DNA of 33,394 nucleotides from Octopus bimaculoides. Taxonomy: Eukaryota. Both the position numbers and the translations under genes were made by a program. A model generated the notes under the pieces. It ran no database searches, was not told where the DNA came from, and was given only the letters and a program-made list of their open reading frames with translations. Below, in pieces: positions 21,946 through 33,394 of this stretch; positions within the stretch are counted from its first letter, which is position 1; each line of letters opens with the position of its first letter. The stretch spans positions 63,972,042 to 64,005,435 of the forward strand of contig NC_068989.1 in NCBI RefSeq assembly GCF_001194135.2, written 5' to 3'.

Positions 21946-22288
21946 GTTTATGCATCTGTTTCGCAAGATTCCTGATGTGAAATCGTACGTTGAAATAAAT
22001 ATTATTATATTTGGAGATGTTTTTTTTTTTTCTGGCAATTCACCACGCGCACTATATACTTGTTCTTCACTTCGGTTTTATTATTATTCTTATTTTAGTG
22101 TCCTTTGCATGAAATTAGTGATATTTTATCGAGTCAGTATCATGTATGCAAATTTATGCGTGGGCAAGGTACACACACACGCACACACACACACAAACAC
22201 ACACAAACACACACACACACATGTATATATATACATATACAATATATATATGCATACATATATATATATGTATATGTATATAATTACA

Positions 22289-22324
<36 letters not shown>

Positions 22325-22372
22325 CTGTGTGTGTGTGTGTATGTATATATGTATGTGTACATGTATGTGTGC

Positions 22373-22525
22373 GTGCTTCTTTCGGTTTCCGTCTTCCAAA
22401 TCTTCACATTAGACTTGGGTCGACTCGAGGTATAGTAAAAGGCACTTGCCCAAATGCCACACCGTGGGACTGTTCCCAAGGTCACTTGGCTGGGGAGCAA
22501 GCTTGTTAATCACATATCTACTCTA
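22373..22525 (-). mobile_element. 5'-half CORE-like SINE
   Basis: GCTTCTTTCGGTTTCCGTCTTCCAAATC..GGCACTTGCCCAAATGCCACACCGTGGGACTG is the reverse complement of the family head. Confidence 0.7.
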
Positions 22526-23028
22526 TGACGTTTAGTATATGATATTCGGAACGCTGATTAAATACGTTAAAAGTTTATATTACATAGTTCACCAGAGCTC
22601 AGCATACCAATTATGAAACTAAAGAATTCTTATTTAAGTAAAAGATCACTTTTACCTAAGTAATATTCAATGTTTGTTTGAAGGAAATAGGAACGGGAAA
22701 TATACACGCCCTTCTCGATCAGCAGTGTATTTCAGTAAATGGATACTTTAAATATAACAATTCTCAGATTGCACACAAAGTGACAGCAACGTTTACCACA
22801 CACTAGAATATAAGAATGTTCTGTCATTTTATACATAAAGGAGTTTTACACCACACCAGAGAACAGCTACATTTGTTGGAGAAGCAATATCCGCTCGGGG
22901 TGAAGAGAAACTGGAGATTTGAGGAAGCAAAATCATCCGTTATATTCACCTCTGTGTTCACAACAAGTTCCTCAATCATTGATGATTTTTAATACTTGCA
23001 AATTTCGCTCTCTCTTCTCTTTCCCCAC

Positions 23029-23067
23029 CTCTCTCCGCACTGCCCTCTCTCCGCACTGCCCTCTCTC
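23029..23067. repeat. 16-bp tandem duplication CTCTCTCCGCACTGCC (about 2.4 copies)
   Basis: Direct reading. Confidence 0.9.
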
Positions 23068-23714
23068 TTTTCATTCATTAATTTCCAGTGTTTTCTTTGG
23101 AACAAAATCAACCAAATGTTCTTTTCCTTTTTTCGATTATACAATAATTATAAACATTATTAAGAGTTGGAGTTTAATATCCGCTTCATAATGATCGTTT
23201 TCTTATGTAGAAAGCATGCAGAAAGCAATCAAATCGGATCTTGTTCTATTCTATCGTAATTATCACATCAATACAAAGACCTTCAGGAAATGTAAGTCCA
23301 CACGTAGCAGGCATTTTACCTAGATCCTCTACAGTTCTTTGTAATCGGACGTAACCGGATGCATTCATCAAATTAATTCCAATCACAATTTCCATATCAT
23401 ACTCCATCGAAGAGAGATAATGAGAATCGTGTAAATTAAGACATTTTTGCTTGTTTCCAGACTAAATTCATGGCATGGTGTTTCACGTCAAATATCTGGA
23501 AGCTTCCTTGAAGTATTTGATTTGGTGTCAATAGGCTTTTTAACTATGGCATAGCATTTAATTAGAAGAGATTGTGTAACTGTTAGGTATTAATAGATGT
23601 TTACTTCGCAAACAGAAACTCCGAGCATGATTCTGCATACAAAATCGCACACAGAAGTTAATATGATGGAGTTTTATCAGAATTTTAAAAAGTAAATTAA
23701 TGTTATACATAAAC

Positions 23715-23720
23715 GTGTGC

Positions 23721-23799
<79 letters not shown>

Positions 23800-23870
23800 T
23801 GTGTGTAAGAGCGCACGTGTGTGTATGTATGTATGTATGTGTGTAGATATATATATATATATATATATAC
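23715..23870. repeat. (GT)n / (TA)n compound microsatellite
   Basis: Direct reading. Confidence 0.9.
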
Positions 23871-25159
23871 ATTCTGAGAGAGAAAATAACTCTCTACTAA
23901 CATAAAGACAACAAGCAAAGACGAAATATGCAAATACGAAGCCCTGTTGACAATATTTTTAATTACAGTTCTAAGTAGTAAATATTGATAAAGGGGGAAA
24001 AAATTCTCTCTTTCTTTCTTTACGTATATATAAAGACTGATAGATTGCTGGATTTGGAGTAGGAGATGGAAAGTTTTGACATGAAAATGTCATTAATTTT
24101 ATTAACTAAGATAGCCTTCTTCAAACAAGCGGCTGAGTGTTTTACCGATATTTCTGCTATGCTCCTTATGTTTTGTTAAGATAAACAAAGCAGATCGTAA
24201 ACTAGTTGCGACCTGCTATACTAAACTCAATGTTTCTTGAACTGGTAGTGTTTTATTCCGCCAACAATAACATTTATCGATTAAAAACCATTAACACTCG
24301 CCTTATATAACAATAAGCCTTGCAATAAGTCTGTTAAGGTTTTGAAGAGGAAAAGTCGTTTATTTTTTTTTACCTTGCTTTATGGGTGACATGAAACTAT
24401 ATGACACATCTAGTTATGGGTTTGCCTGTTTATGGGAGACATTGGTTGTAAGAAACACCTGATTACACGATATCTGCTTAATGCGGACATGAGAGCATTA
24501 GAACTACATGTATAAGTGTATCAATTACTACAAGTATTGTATCATTTTTATTTTGTTGAAATTGTTACATGAGTAATGGAAAATGCAATCTGTAGAAAAA
24601 TGAACACTGTAATTTATGGTATTCAGATATAAACCTCTTCCTATCTTAGTTCAAACACCACCAGAGAAAATCTGATTTTCTTTTACGGGTGAAATAATTA
24701 TAACTCAATTACTGTAATCCAAATGTCTGTGACTATCCATTCATCTCATATAGGTATAGATATATAACAATATTAGAAATCAATAATAAAGGTGGCTTAT
24801 TTAGGCATAAGGTTAGTATTTTTTGTTGGTCGACCAACTGAATCCGCGTCGTTGATCGAAAGAGATCCGCTACATAAATATTCACTCTGTATCCCTTTTA
24901 TTATAAATAGAGAAAATAAAAAGGTTTTCGGTTTTCTTTATTTTATTAAGGAGGCAGCTGTGATCGAAATTAAGATCGGTAAAACAATTTCTGAAGCATC
25001 CTTAATCACTCAGAACAGAAACAGAAAGTAAGAAATTTATAAAGATTTATGTCGAAAGAAGCTTGAAATTCATTTTGAATGGTAGAAAGTATATAAAACT
25101 AAAAATAATAGCATGTAGAACATCGTGTTAAAAAAAAATAGGTAAAAAAATAAGTCGAT

Positions 25160-25228
25160 TACCGACGGTGGGACTCGAACCCACATCTTCTGTTTACATT
25201 ATAGATGTGATAACCAATTATAGCAAAA
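25160..25228 (-). pseudogene. tRNA-like sequence (pseudo-tRNA or SINE head) interrupted by a SINE
   Basis: Minus strand GCTATAATTGGTTATCAC-A-TCTAT-AATGTAA-ACAGA-AGAT-GTGGG-TTCGAGT-CCCAC-CGTCGGT-A: perfect T arm/B box, 4/5-bp anticodon stem, T8 run about 10 nt downstream. D stem and U33 are degenerate. Confidence 0.5.
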
Positions 25229-25541
25229 AACGATAAACCTCGCCCTTTCAAAGCCTAGCCAGGTTCATAGGCCCGGTTTCCCGGTTTTCTATGGCGTATG
25301 TGTTCTCTCCAGCTGGACGGGACGCCAGTCCATCGCAGCGCTACTCAAAAAACAGGAAGAAAGAGTGAGAGAAAGTTAGAGCGAAAGAGTACAACAGAAG
25401 TCGCCACCACCCCTGCCGGAGCCTCGTAGAGCTTAGGTGTTTTCGCTCAATAAACACTAACAACGTCCGGTCTGGGAATCGAAACCGCGATCCTCCGACC
25501 GCTAGTCCGCTGCCCTAACCACTGGGCCATTGCGCCTCCAC
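25229..25541 (-). mobile_element. Intact tRNA-derived SINE with 13-bp TSD
   Basis: Reverse complement begins GTGGAGGCGCAATGGCCCAGTGGTTAGGGCAGCGG..GGTTTCGATTCCC (A and B boxes). AATTATAGCAAAA flanks it at 25216-25228 and 25542-25554. Confidence 0.9.
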
Positions 25542-26959
25542 AATTATAGCAAAACAACCCCTCAAATTTACTCTATTAATTTTAAAAGCTTTGATGTTGT
25601 GAGAGAGAATTGTATATTGTTTACATTGTAAGAATTTAGAAAGTTCGAGAGATATGAAATAAATCGTTTTTTAAACTATTGAACTCGATGAAGATAAAGC
25701 TCTAAATAACAAGCGTGTATAATATCGGGTTAAAAGTCTATTTGAATGGAGAAAAATCGAAGGCTTCTCATGGGATTTAAAGCCACAGTTTCTGTAAACA
25801 TAACAGATGTCCAACCATTTTAAGGACTTAATTCATTTCAGTTTTGTCTTTTTTTGTCTTTCTTTTTTCCTGTGAAGCTGTTATTTACATAGGGCCGTGC
25901 ATAATATCTCAAGTGCGAAATTTACTGCTAGAGGGTAGATACTGAAAATATGATAAAGCTAATCAAAAACAATGTTTTTCAACACCTCTGTCAGGAGATT
26001 TCGTTTTAAACTGGTCACACCAGAATAATGCATCTCAAACATCTGCTGACCACTTAACATTTGTTAGTTTTTATATATTTATCGTATTTATTTATCTAAT
26101 TTTATTGTTCCATTTAAAATGATTCATTGATGCATTATTTCAATATTACACGCCAAGTGTTGCACTGCAATGCTAACCACAATCAAATTAGGTACCACAT
26201 GCTTCATATCATTCTACGTTTCGCATTTATATTTGAATTTTTAGTAATTTTTTTGTCGTTTATTAATACTTTGAGTATAAAATGATATCATGGGTGAACT
26301 GCTAATTAAAAAAATCACATTTTATCAATTTAAATTTGAATGCTTTAGAATTTGTTGGAACAAATTATTCCTAGTAAGGAATAATAAATTAAAATTATTG
26401 CTTTAGTTTTTTTTTTCATTTTATTTTTTTTATTTTATGCTTTTCTGTGTTTTCTGTGCTTTTCGTCAGTGAAGTTTTTAATAATCATTGGTGTTTTGGT
26501 GTTATAAAATAAATCAGTCTGTTGTTTAACTAATGGATCGTATACAATTGATGATATCTAAGTTACATAACGCAGGGAATCATAAAATAAAGAAGGATTT
26601 TATCTTCTCGACTGTCGAAAGAGAAGGGAATATCTCAGATGCTTCCAGGAGATTAAATTCAGAAAATAAGACAAATGAGAGCAAAATGAATAACGATAAT
26701 TGTTAGTACCATCTAGATAATTAGAGACGAAGTAAATATCTAATCAACTGATCGACTGTAGCAGAAGTTAAAGAACATAAACTTGATTATTTGGATTGAT
26801 ATATCGTCTATATCAATCTATAATACTTGCTCTTCCCAACATATTCTAGCCTGGAGGGAAATATGATAATTCTCAGACTAAGAAGCAGCGATAATTTAGT
26901 TGTATGGCGGATAATTGACGGTGGCATTATTGTGTTACTACTAGGATGTCTCGCGACAT

Positions 26960-27060
26960 TGGTTTCCATTCTCTGCAGAGTGAGTTCAAATTCCACTGAG
27001 ATCAACTTCACCGTTCGTACGTTCGGTATCTATAAAATAAAAGTACCAATCCCAGTCCTG
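26960..27060 (+). mobile_element. Degenerate Meta-like SINE fragment
   Basis: GAGTTCAAATTCCACTGAGATCAACTT..ATAAAATAAAAGTACCA. Confidence 0.5.
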
Positions 27061-27884
27061 AGTGATAGACTGGCGATATTTTTAGAGTATCAGTTGATGT
27101 TCATTGTGGTATTTATTGCAGTCCTGTGTATTCTGGGTTCAGGTGCTGTCCTGCCGACATAGAGTAGCAGAAATTAAAACAAAAAACAATGGAAATATAG
27201 TTACCTTTGTTCTCTCAGAACAACCACCACTACCACCAGTTTGAATGTGTTTGGGCTGGTGGTAATGTGGTACAGCTGAGGAGGAAGAACTGGAAATTAG
27301 ATTGTTTACTATAGAATTGAGAAAACAAATAACTATGCTAGAAGAGCGAAAGGGGTTTCTATAAGCTATGGTAATAAACTGAAAAATTCAAAGAATCAAC
27401 CTCTGCAGTATAGAATAAAATAATATTGAACTGACCAATGACTACGGTGGCCCGTAAATGGAGGCTTCCTTAACAAGAAACTGACCTATATCTAATTGGA
27501 TAAAAATGTAGCTCATTTGCTGATGATAGACACCTATCACAATGGTAACGCCATAATAGACGTTCGACTTTTCATCTTCCTAACGGCAGAAACAATTTAG
27601 TCCAATTTCGTATTGTTTGCCGAAGCAGAATATCAAATGTGTTCTCGGATCTTCTTGTTTACTTTACTCGACAAACATTTCTAGGAAACAAAGGTCTTAT
27701 ACGAAAATAAATAAAATTGATTCATATGAAATACTCTTCCATCTAATTGCGATGGTATTAGTTGAAACATGAAGGCAATACAAACTTTCCTAACATGTAG
27801 CTAGCCTTCAACGGGACTTTAACTTCATACTGCAAAGTAATAAGACATTAATTTATTACGCAAAGTCCCAGCTACATTATACAT

Positions 27885-27962
27885 GCATACATACATACAT
27901 ACATGCATATAAATACGTGCACACACATGTACATACACACGCACACACACACATACATACAC

Positions 27963-28045
<83 letters not shown>
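27885..28045. repeat. (CATA)n/(CA)n/(GATA)n compound microsatellite
   Basis: Direct reading; pure GATA from ~27964. Confidence 0.9.
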
Positions 28046-28299
28046 TTTAATCTGTTAGTCCGACGAAATATATATTTTGCTTCACCTAAGGCTCCCATTG
28101 AGACATAGGCAAACCAGAATATATATGTTGTTTTACTAACGATTATGGATTGTATAATCTTTAAACAATCTCAGTCTTATAGTACTTTGCCCTAAGTACG
28201 CAGACATAGCGGCTTCTTAAACTTGTTATTCCATGATGCTTGTGTGCGTGTGTGTGTGCCCCCGACACGATTCTACCATTCTACCGCCCTACAGCATGG

Positions 28300-28747
28300 G
28301 AATAGTTATATCAAACTTTCATTCAAGGTCGGTAACTTTTAGAGAAAGGGTTAGTCAATTACATCGACCTCAGTACTTGCTTCGTACTTTGTTGACCTCG
28401 AGAGGATGAAAGACAAAGCTGACCTCAGCAGTATTTCAACTCATTAATAATTGCTTGAGATTTAGGCTCAAGGCCAACAATTTGGTGGTGGGATTCGGTC
28501 AATTACATCGACGCCCAGTTTTTAGCTGACACTTTATTTTAATTCGAAAGGATTAAAGTCAAAGTTGATTTTGGTGCGACTTGAAATTAGAAAGGTAAAG
28601 CCGATAGAAATCCCGCTAAATATTTAGTCCGATGTACAAACGATTTTGTCAGGTCGCAAACTTCATAAAATTAATAACCCTTTGTACAATAGGCACAAGG
28701 GCTGAGATTTTGGGGTGGTGTTCAGTCGATTAAATGAAACCCAGTAC
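28300..28747 (-). mobile_element. Three stacked degenerate Meta-like SINE fragments
   Basis: Repeated AGTCAATTACATCGAC..CAGTAC and GAGGATGAAAGACAAAG blocks, reverse complement of the family centre and tail. Confidence 0.65.
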
Positions 28748-29046
28748 ACAACACTTTCTAATGCTATCATTCTGAAATGTTTAACATAATGAAACAATGT
28801 TATGAAGATATATAAATTTACACGTTAAAATATATATTGGATAGTTAAATTAGAGGGAAATAACCTTAGCAAATAGCTGTGGATGTTAAACGTTTACCAT
28901 TTACCTTTTGTGCTTTCCTGCCCAAAGGCTGTGGTCATGCTGCGGTACTGATATTATTCTTTTTCTCTTTTCTTGTTATTAGGTTTAAATGCTTATCGGT
29001 AATGTGAGAACAGATGAAATTCATACGTAGGCAAAAGGGAAGGTGT

Positions 29047-29098
<52 letters not shown>
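29047..29098. repeat. (GATA)n microsatellite
   Basis: Direct reading. Confidence 0.95.
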
Positions 29099-29816
29099 GT
29101 ATATCAATGGATATGTAGAGAGAGAGGTGGGGTATATTAATAGATATACAAATAGAGAAATAGGTAAACTATACAAAAGGATATATTTAAAAGTACAGTT
29201 TTGATTAAATGGCTGGATTCCAAACTTTTTTTTTTTAATTACATTCTTGTGTTTAATACATTGACATAATGTTTTCAAACTTGTTCACTTTCACCACAGA
29301 TCCTTAATAATAAATAATATAGTAAACGGTAATTTACTAAATTACTATATATGTTACATTATATATTACAATTTTAAACTCTGGTACGACAAAACGTAAT
29401 AGGGAATACGTTTTTCTCAGATGTTGGGTTGTATTCTCAGCCCTTAAATTATCTTAAAATATCTATTCCTACTGAACAGAGGTCACAAAATAGAACATGC
29501 AGCTAGAAGACAAATGAAGCCAATCTACATTTTAATATATTTTTCTCTTCTCCATTTCTTGCTTCAATATATTATATTTTCTATTTTTACATTTATAGAA
29601 TAGTTTCTGTTTTTATTTTATCAGTAAACTTTTATTTTTAAATTTTCAACATATATTTAGACATTTTTAAAGCTTATTATTAACATTGTACTATTTTAAG
29701 ATGCTTTCGAGAATTCAATGAATAATATTATGTTGTTTTTTTTTCATTTTATATTTTCGAAAATGAATTTTTCTGAAAGACAGCTTAGTCTAAGATCAAT
29801 CTGATATCTAGTTGAC

Positions 29817-29890
29817 ATGCATACATACATACAGACAGACAGACAGACAGATAGACAGAGAGACAGAAGCTAGCGAGCGAGCGAGCTAGA

Positions 29891-29930
<40 letters not shown>

Positions 29931-29960
29931 AGGACAGATAAATAGATAGATAGATAGATA
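29817..29960. repeat. (CATA)/(GACA)/(GAGC)/(GATA) compound microsatellite
   Basis: Direct reading. Confidence 0.9.
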
Positions 29961-31200
29961 AGTTTCTTTATTAGCCACACAGTACTGAACACAGAGGGGA
30001 CAAAATGCCATGTAGAGCTTTTCTTTTCAAGAATAGAAAAAAGAAGTAGAAAAATAAAATTCCGATCAAAAGGGTTCATGAGAAAAAAAAAAGATCAAAA
30101 GGGATCGTGCATCACAGAAAAATTTTGAAAGTGTAAAAAGCGAGATTAGGTTTATCCGTGGAAAGAAAAGCCTACAGAAAAGACCACGATAACCTCAGGC
30201 NNNNNNNNNNNNNNNNNNNNNNNNNNNNNNNNNNNNNNNNNNNNNNNNNNNNNNNNNNNNNNNNNNNNNNNNNNNNNNNNNNNNNNNNNNNNNNNCTCTC
30301 TTTCTTTCTCTCTCTCTCTTTTTCTCTCTATCTCTCTCTCTCCCTTTCTCTTCGATTTACAAGATCATGCTCAAAGTGCTTTCGTCATTCGCACGTACCA
30401 ACTTTGCTACATTCACCCACCTTTAATTGAAACTTTCACGAGACAAAACTTGCCTCTCTATTCTCACCTTCCTTCTCAAGTGGTACTTGAAAAAGTTGAT
30501 GAGCGATTGGCCAGAGAGGTAAGTGTTTGTCTCCAAACCTTTCACTCGAATCCACCACACACATTCTATCACCATGGCCACCAGTACGATGGAGACTGCC
30601 TTGGCTTCCCGGTTGATAGAAGGTGGCGGAGCAATTCTCACGATAGACTCGGCCGACAAGCGAACTCGTCCCACACCTGACAGCAGCCGTTCGGCATAAG
30701 CCCACAGGTCCGAAATGGCTGGACACTGCACGAGTGCATGCAGAACGGTTTCTCACCGCATCTCGGGCAAGTCGGTCCGGTGTTTCTCGAACCGTGCCTG
30801 TAGAGCTTATCCCGAACGGGCAATGCTTTTCGATAGCACTGCCAAGCCAGGGGTCTCTGGTGATTGTCCATAGGTTCCGGCCCGAAAGTTGTCCTGAACA
30901 GGCAGGTCAGGCGTTCCTCATCGACACCTAGATTCTGCCCGAGAACGTCGTTGCACCTCCCCTCCACTAATCCTCCAAAGAACGCCTTTGTGGAATAGAA
31001 GTTTGGTCCCGGACGGCAGAGTTGCCTGAGAGCAAGGCGGCACTCGCAGTGCCATTCGCCTAGCTTCGGTCTCTGTTTGATCCATGACTGGAATTTCGGC
31101 CAAAGAGACGAGCTGCGGGAATGCGCACGCCGCACAAACGGCGACCGCACCTGTTCACCGTCGTTTATGAAGCGCCGGAGATGTCGCAGTCTCAGCGCAG
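29961..31200 (-). mobile_element. 5'-truncated Tx1/L1-clade LINE: ORF2 C-terminus (zf-RVT-like CCHC) and 3' UTR
   Basis: ALRLRHLRRF..LAWQCYRKALPVRDKLYRHG..TCPRCG[fs]ETVLHALVQC..LWAY..VWWIRVKG..FKYHLRRKVRIERQVL, ending near 30357. GC-rich body; the UTR continues across the gap to AATAAA (29972-29967), then (TATC)n. Confidence 0.85.
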
Positions 31201-31357
31201 AGAGTGGAGAATTCTTTTCAATTTGATGTGGTCAACCCACTGAAATTTCATTACAAGGCATTTTTCTTTTTTTTCTCCTTCTTTTTTCTCTTCCTCATCT
31301 TTCCCTTTTTATTGTATACCTTTCAACAAACTTGTAGATAAACACATTTTATGCGAC

Positions 31358-31512
31358 GAGTTCCTTTCAGTTTCTCTCTTCCAAATCCACTCACAAGGCT
31401 CTGTTCAGCCTGAGGCTACAGTAGAAGACATTTGCGAAAGTTACCATTAAGTAGAAATAAACCAGGAGCCCAGTGTAAGCAATCTCCTTACCCCACAGCC
31501 ATGCCTGCGCCT
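31358..31512 (-). mobile_element. Degenerate 5'-half CORE-like SINE
   Basis: CTTTCAGTTTC..CCAAATCCACTCACAAGGC..GTAGAAGACATTTGC..CACAGCCATGCCTGCGCC. Confidence 0.6.
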
Positions 31513-31694
31513 GATGATAATCATCATCATCATATCCATCATCATCGTATTCCTTATTATCATAATCTTCATCATCATCATCATCATTATTGTCATGGTC
31601 AACAGCAATAGAAGTATATCATTTGTGTCGTTGATGGCGTTGGTTCATGTAGGGTTTGGCACCAATTATATGGAACCAAAAGTGGTGTGCTGCC

Positions 31695-31897
31695 AAAATT
31701 GAAAGCACGCTGAACAAAGTGCTGAGCAGTATTTGTTTCCAGCTTTGCGTTTTGAGTTCGAATCTACCGAGGTCAACTTTGCTTTTCATCCTTTCAGAGT
31801 TGATAAAATAAATACCAGTTGAATACTGGGGTTGATGTAATCAACTACTGCTCGACACCCAAAATTTCAGGCTTTATGCTTATAAAAGAAACTATTA
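31695..31897 (+). mobile_element. Meta-like SINE
   Basis: GAGTTCGAATC..GAGGTCAACTTTGCTTTTCATCCTTTCAGAGTTGATAAAATAAATACCAG..CTGGGGTTGATGTAATCAACT. Confidence 0.75.
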
Positions 31898-32014
31898 TAT
31901 AGAATCAAACTGCGATTGATTATTCCTTGTAATCGTTTTGCAAGAGTCCATACTTGTTTCTTTATTAACATCGCAACTGGAAGATCGAAAATCTTTCAGG
32001 TTTGAAAATACCAC

Positions 32015-32132
<118 letters not shown>

Positions 32133-33394
32133 TTAGTGGCATGTAGATGTGTATTTCCATGTTTATTATTGTAACGGCAAAATGTGATATTTTAATGTTT
32201 TTAACATTCTCATCCATGAGGTTTATTGTTTTAATTACTAATTCTTGCGGGAGCAATGGCCTACCAAAATCCTTACAGTGAATTACTTTCTTCTTTTAAG
32301 ATTCTGGGCTGAAATCCCACTGGCTTCTACTTAAGCTTGTAACATGCTTTTAATATTTTATGTTGTGTGTCTATGTCAAACACTTCCTTTAGAATTGCAA
32401 AACAGATATGTTTTATTTCATGGCGTCTTAAAACGATCTCACAGGTTTTATATTGAGCATCGCTTATGTATCTATAATTTTTGTTTTGAATTCATTTTTC
32501 CTGTGTACTTAACATGCTTTTATTTTAATTACAATGTCTCTAGATATGCCTAGCTTTGTTATTCTTTAAATATATCCACTAAAGTTAGTGCTGCTGCTAC
32601 TGCTGTTGTTCTTGTGTTGTGTTGTAACTGTTGTTGTAGTTATTGTTTTTCGTTATCTCATCTATAATCGAGCAGATCAATGATCAAAGATATTCCATCA
32701 ACATTTCAAATATATTTCCCTCCTGGTATTGCTATTTACAAGGCTTTTATTTAAATCACTATATTGATGGATATGCGTATCTTTGTCTGGTTTTAAACAT
32801 GTCCGGTGAACTTAACGTTGCTGTAGTTGTTGTTTTAAGCTGTTGTACTTGTTGTTTATTCCCAGATTATCACTGACCCAAAATACCCATGATCAATGAT
32901 ATTCCAGCCTTGCCCATCTCGTTAATTTCAGAGATATCTAAGTCAATATTATCCAATGTATATTCAAACTAGATATGTAGTGAAATCTCGGAGATAACAG
33001 CTATTTTTACAACACCGTCTGACTACATGGAGTCTTCGTTGTAAGTTCTAAAATGGCGGTTTGTAGGTATTTACCAAGGTTAGAGTTTTTTTACGACATA
33101 TAGTTGTTGGTTATCCCTTGATCAAACCTTGATCGAGAAAACCTCGGATCACTAGTATTCCAACCATGATCAACACTCCCCAGGAACAACATTTCCCTAT
33201 GTCTGTTTCATTCTATTTTAAAACGGTAGGATGTGATTAGGGGGGTTGTGTACCATGTCTAGCAGCTCGAGCTCATGTACTGAGGTTGCCTTGTTAGCTT
33301 GATATAACAAATTCTAGTAAGGGATGGTTGTAATGCACTGTAGTGCATTACATATATTTCATTCCTATGTATGTATATAATATATATATATATA

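Larger units (their letters stand above)
1948..30295. other. Assembly gaps (N-runs), not a continuous feature: 1948-2478, 6198-7034, 7681-7690, 7929-8209, 11561-11798, 12600-12768, 16065-16146, 17430-17800, 30201-30295
   Basis: N characters, mostly flanked by simple repeats, typical of a short-read draft assembly. Confidence 1.

Noticed and set aside
24792-25031. 79-aa ORF and internal 77-nt AG/GT segment
   Set aside because: AT-rich, weak AAG acceptor, no recognisable motif.
26827-27162. 111-aa hydrophobic ORF resembling a membrane protein
   Set aside because: It overlaps a degenerate SINE (26960-27060), starts at TTG and has no recognisable family motif.

Overview
AT-rich, gap-ridden eukaryotic genomic DNA (9 N-runs, many microsatellites), probably intronic or intergenic sequence from an octopus. 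The species call is an inference from recognising the tRNA-derived SINE families. No host protein-coding gene can be called confidently, and most supplied ORFs are artefacts of N-runs or simple repeats. The window is a transposon graveyard. It holds three R4/Dong-like (RLE-endonuclease) LINE pieces abutting (TAA)n arrays, a 5'-truncated Tx1/L1-like LINE 3' end, two decayed DD34D mariners, a mariner MITE, an internally deleted DD37D (maT) element, a ~550 bp fold-back element, a Penelope-like fragment and about 20 SINE copies from three families. I found no demonstrable new biological system. The best leads are a hammerhead-ribozyme-like motif with a non-canonical core (14249-14285), a unique island at ~10.1-10.5 kb with a pre-miRNA-like hairpin and splice-bounded segments, a tRNA-like sequence split by a SINE with a 13-bp TSD, and the long fold-back element. 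Repeat boundaries are approximate unless TIR/TSD coordinates are given.
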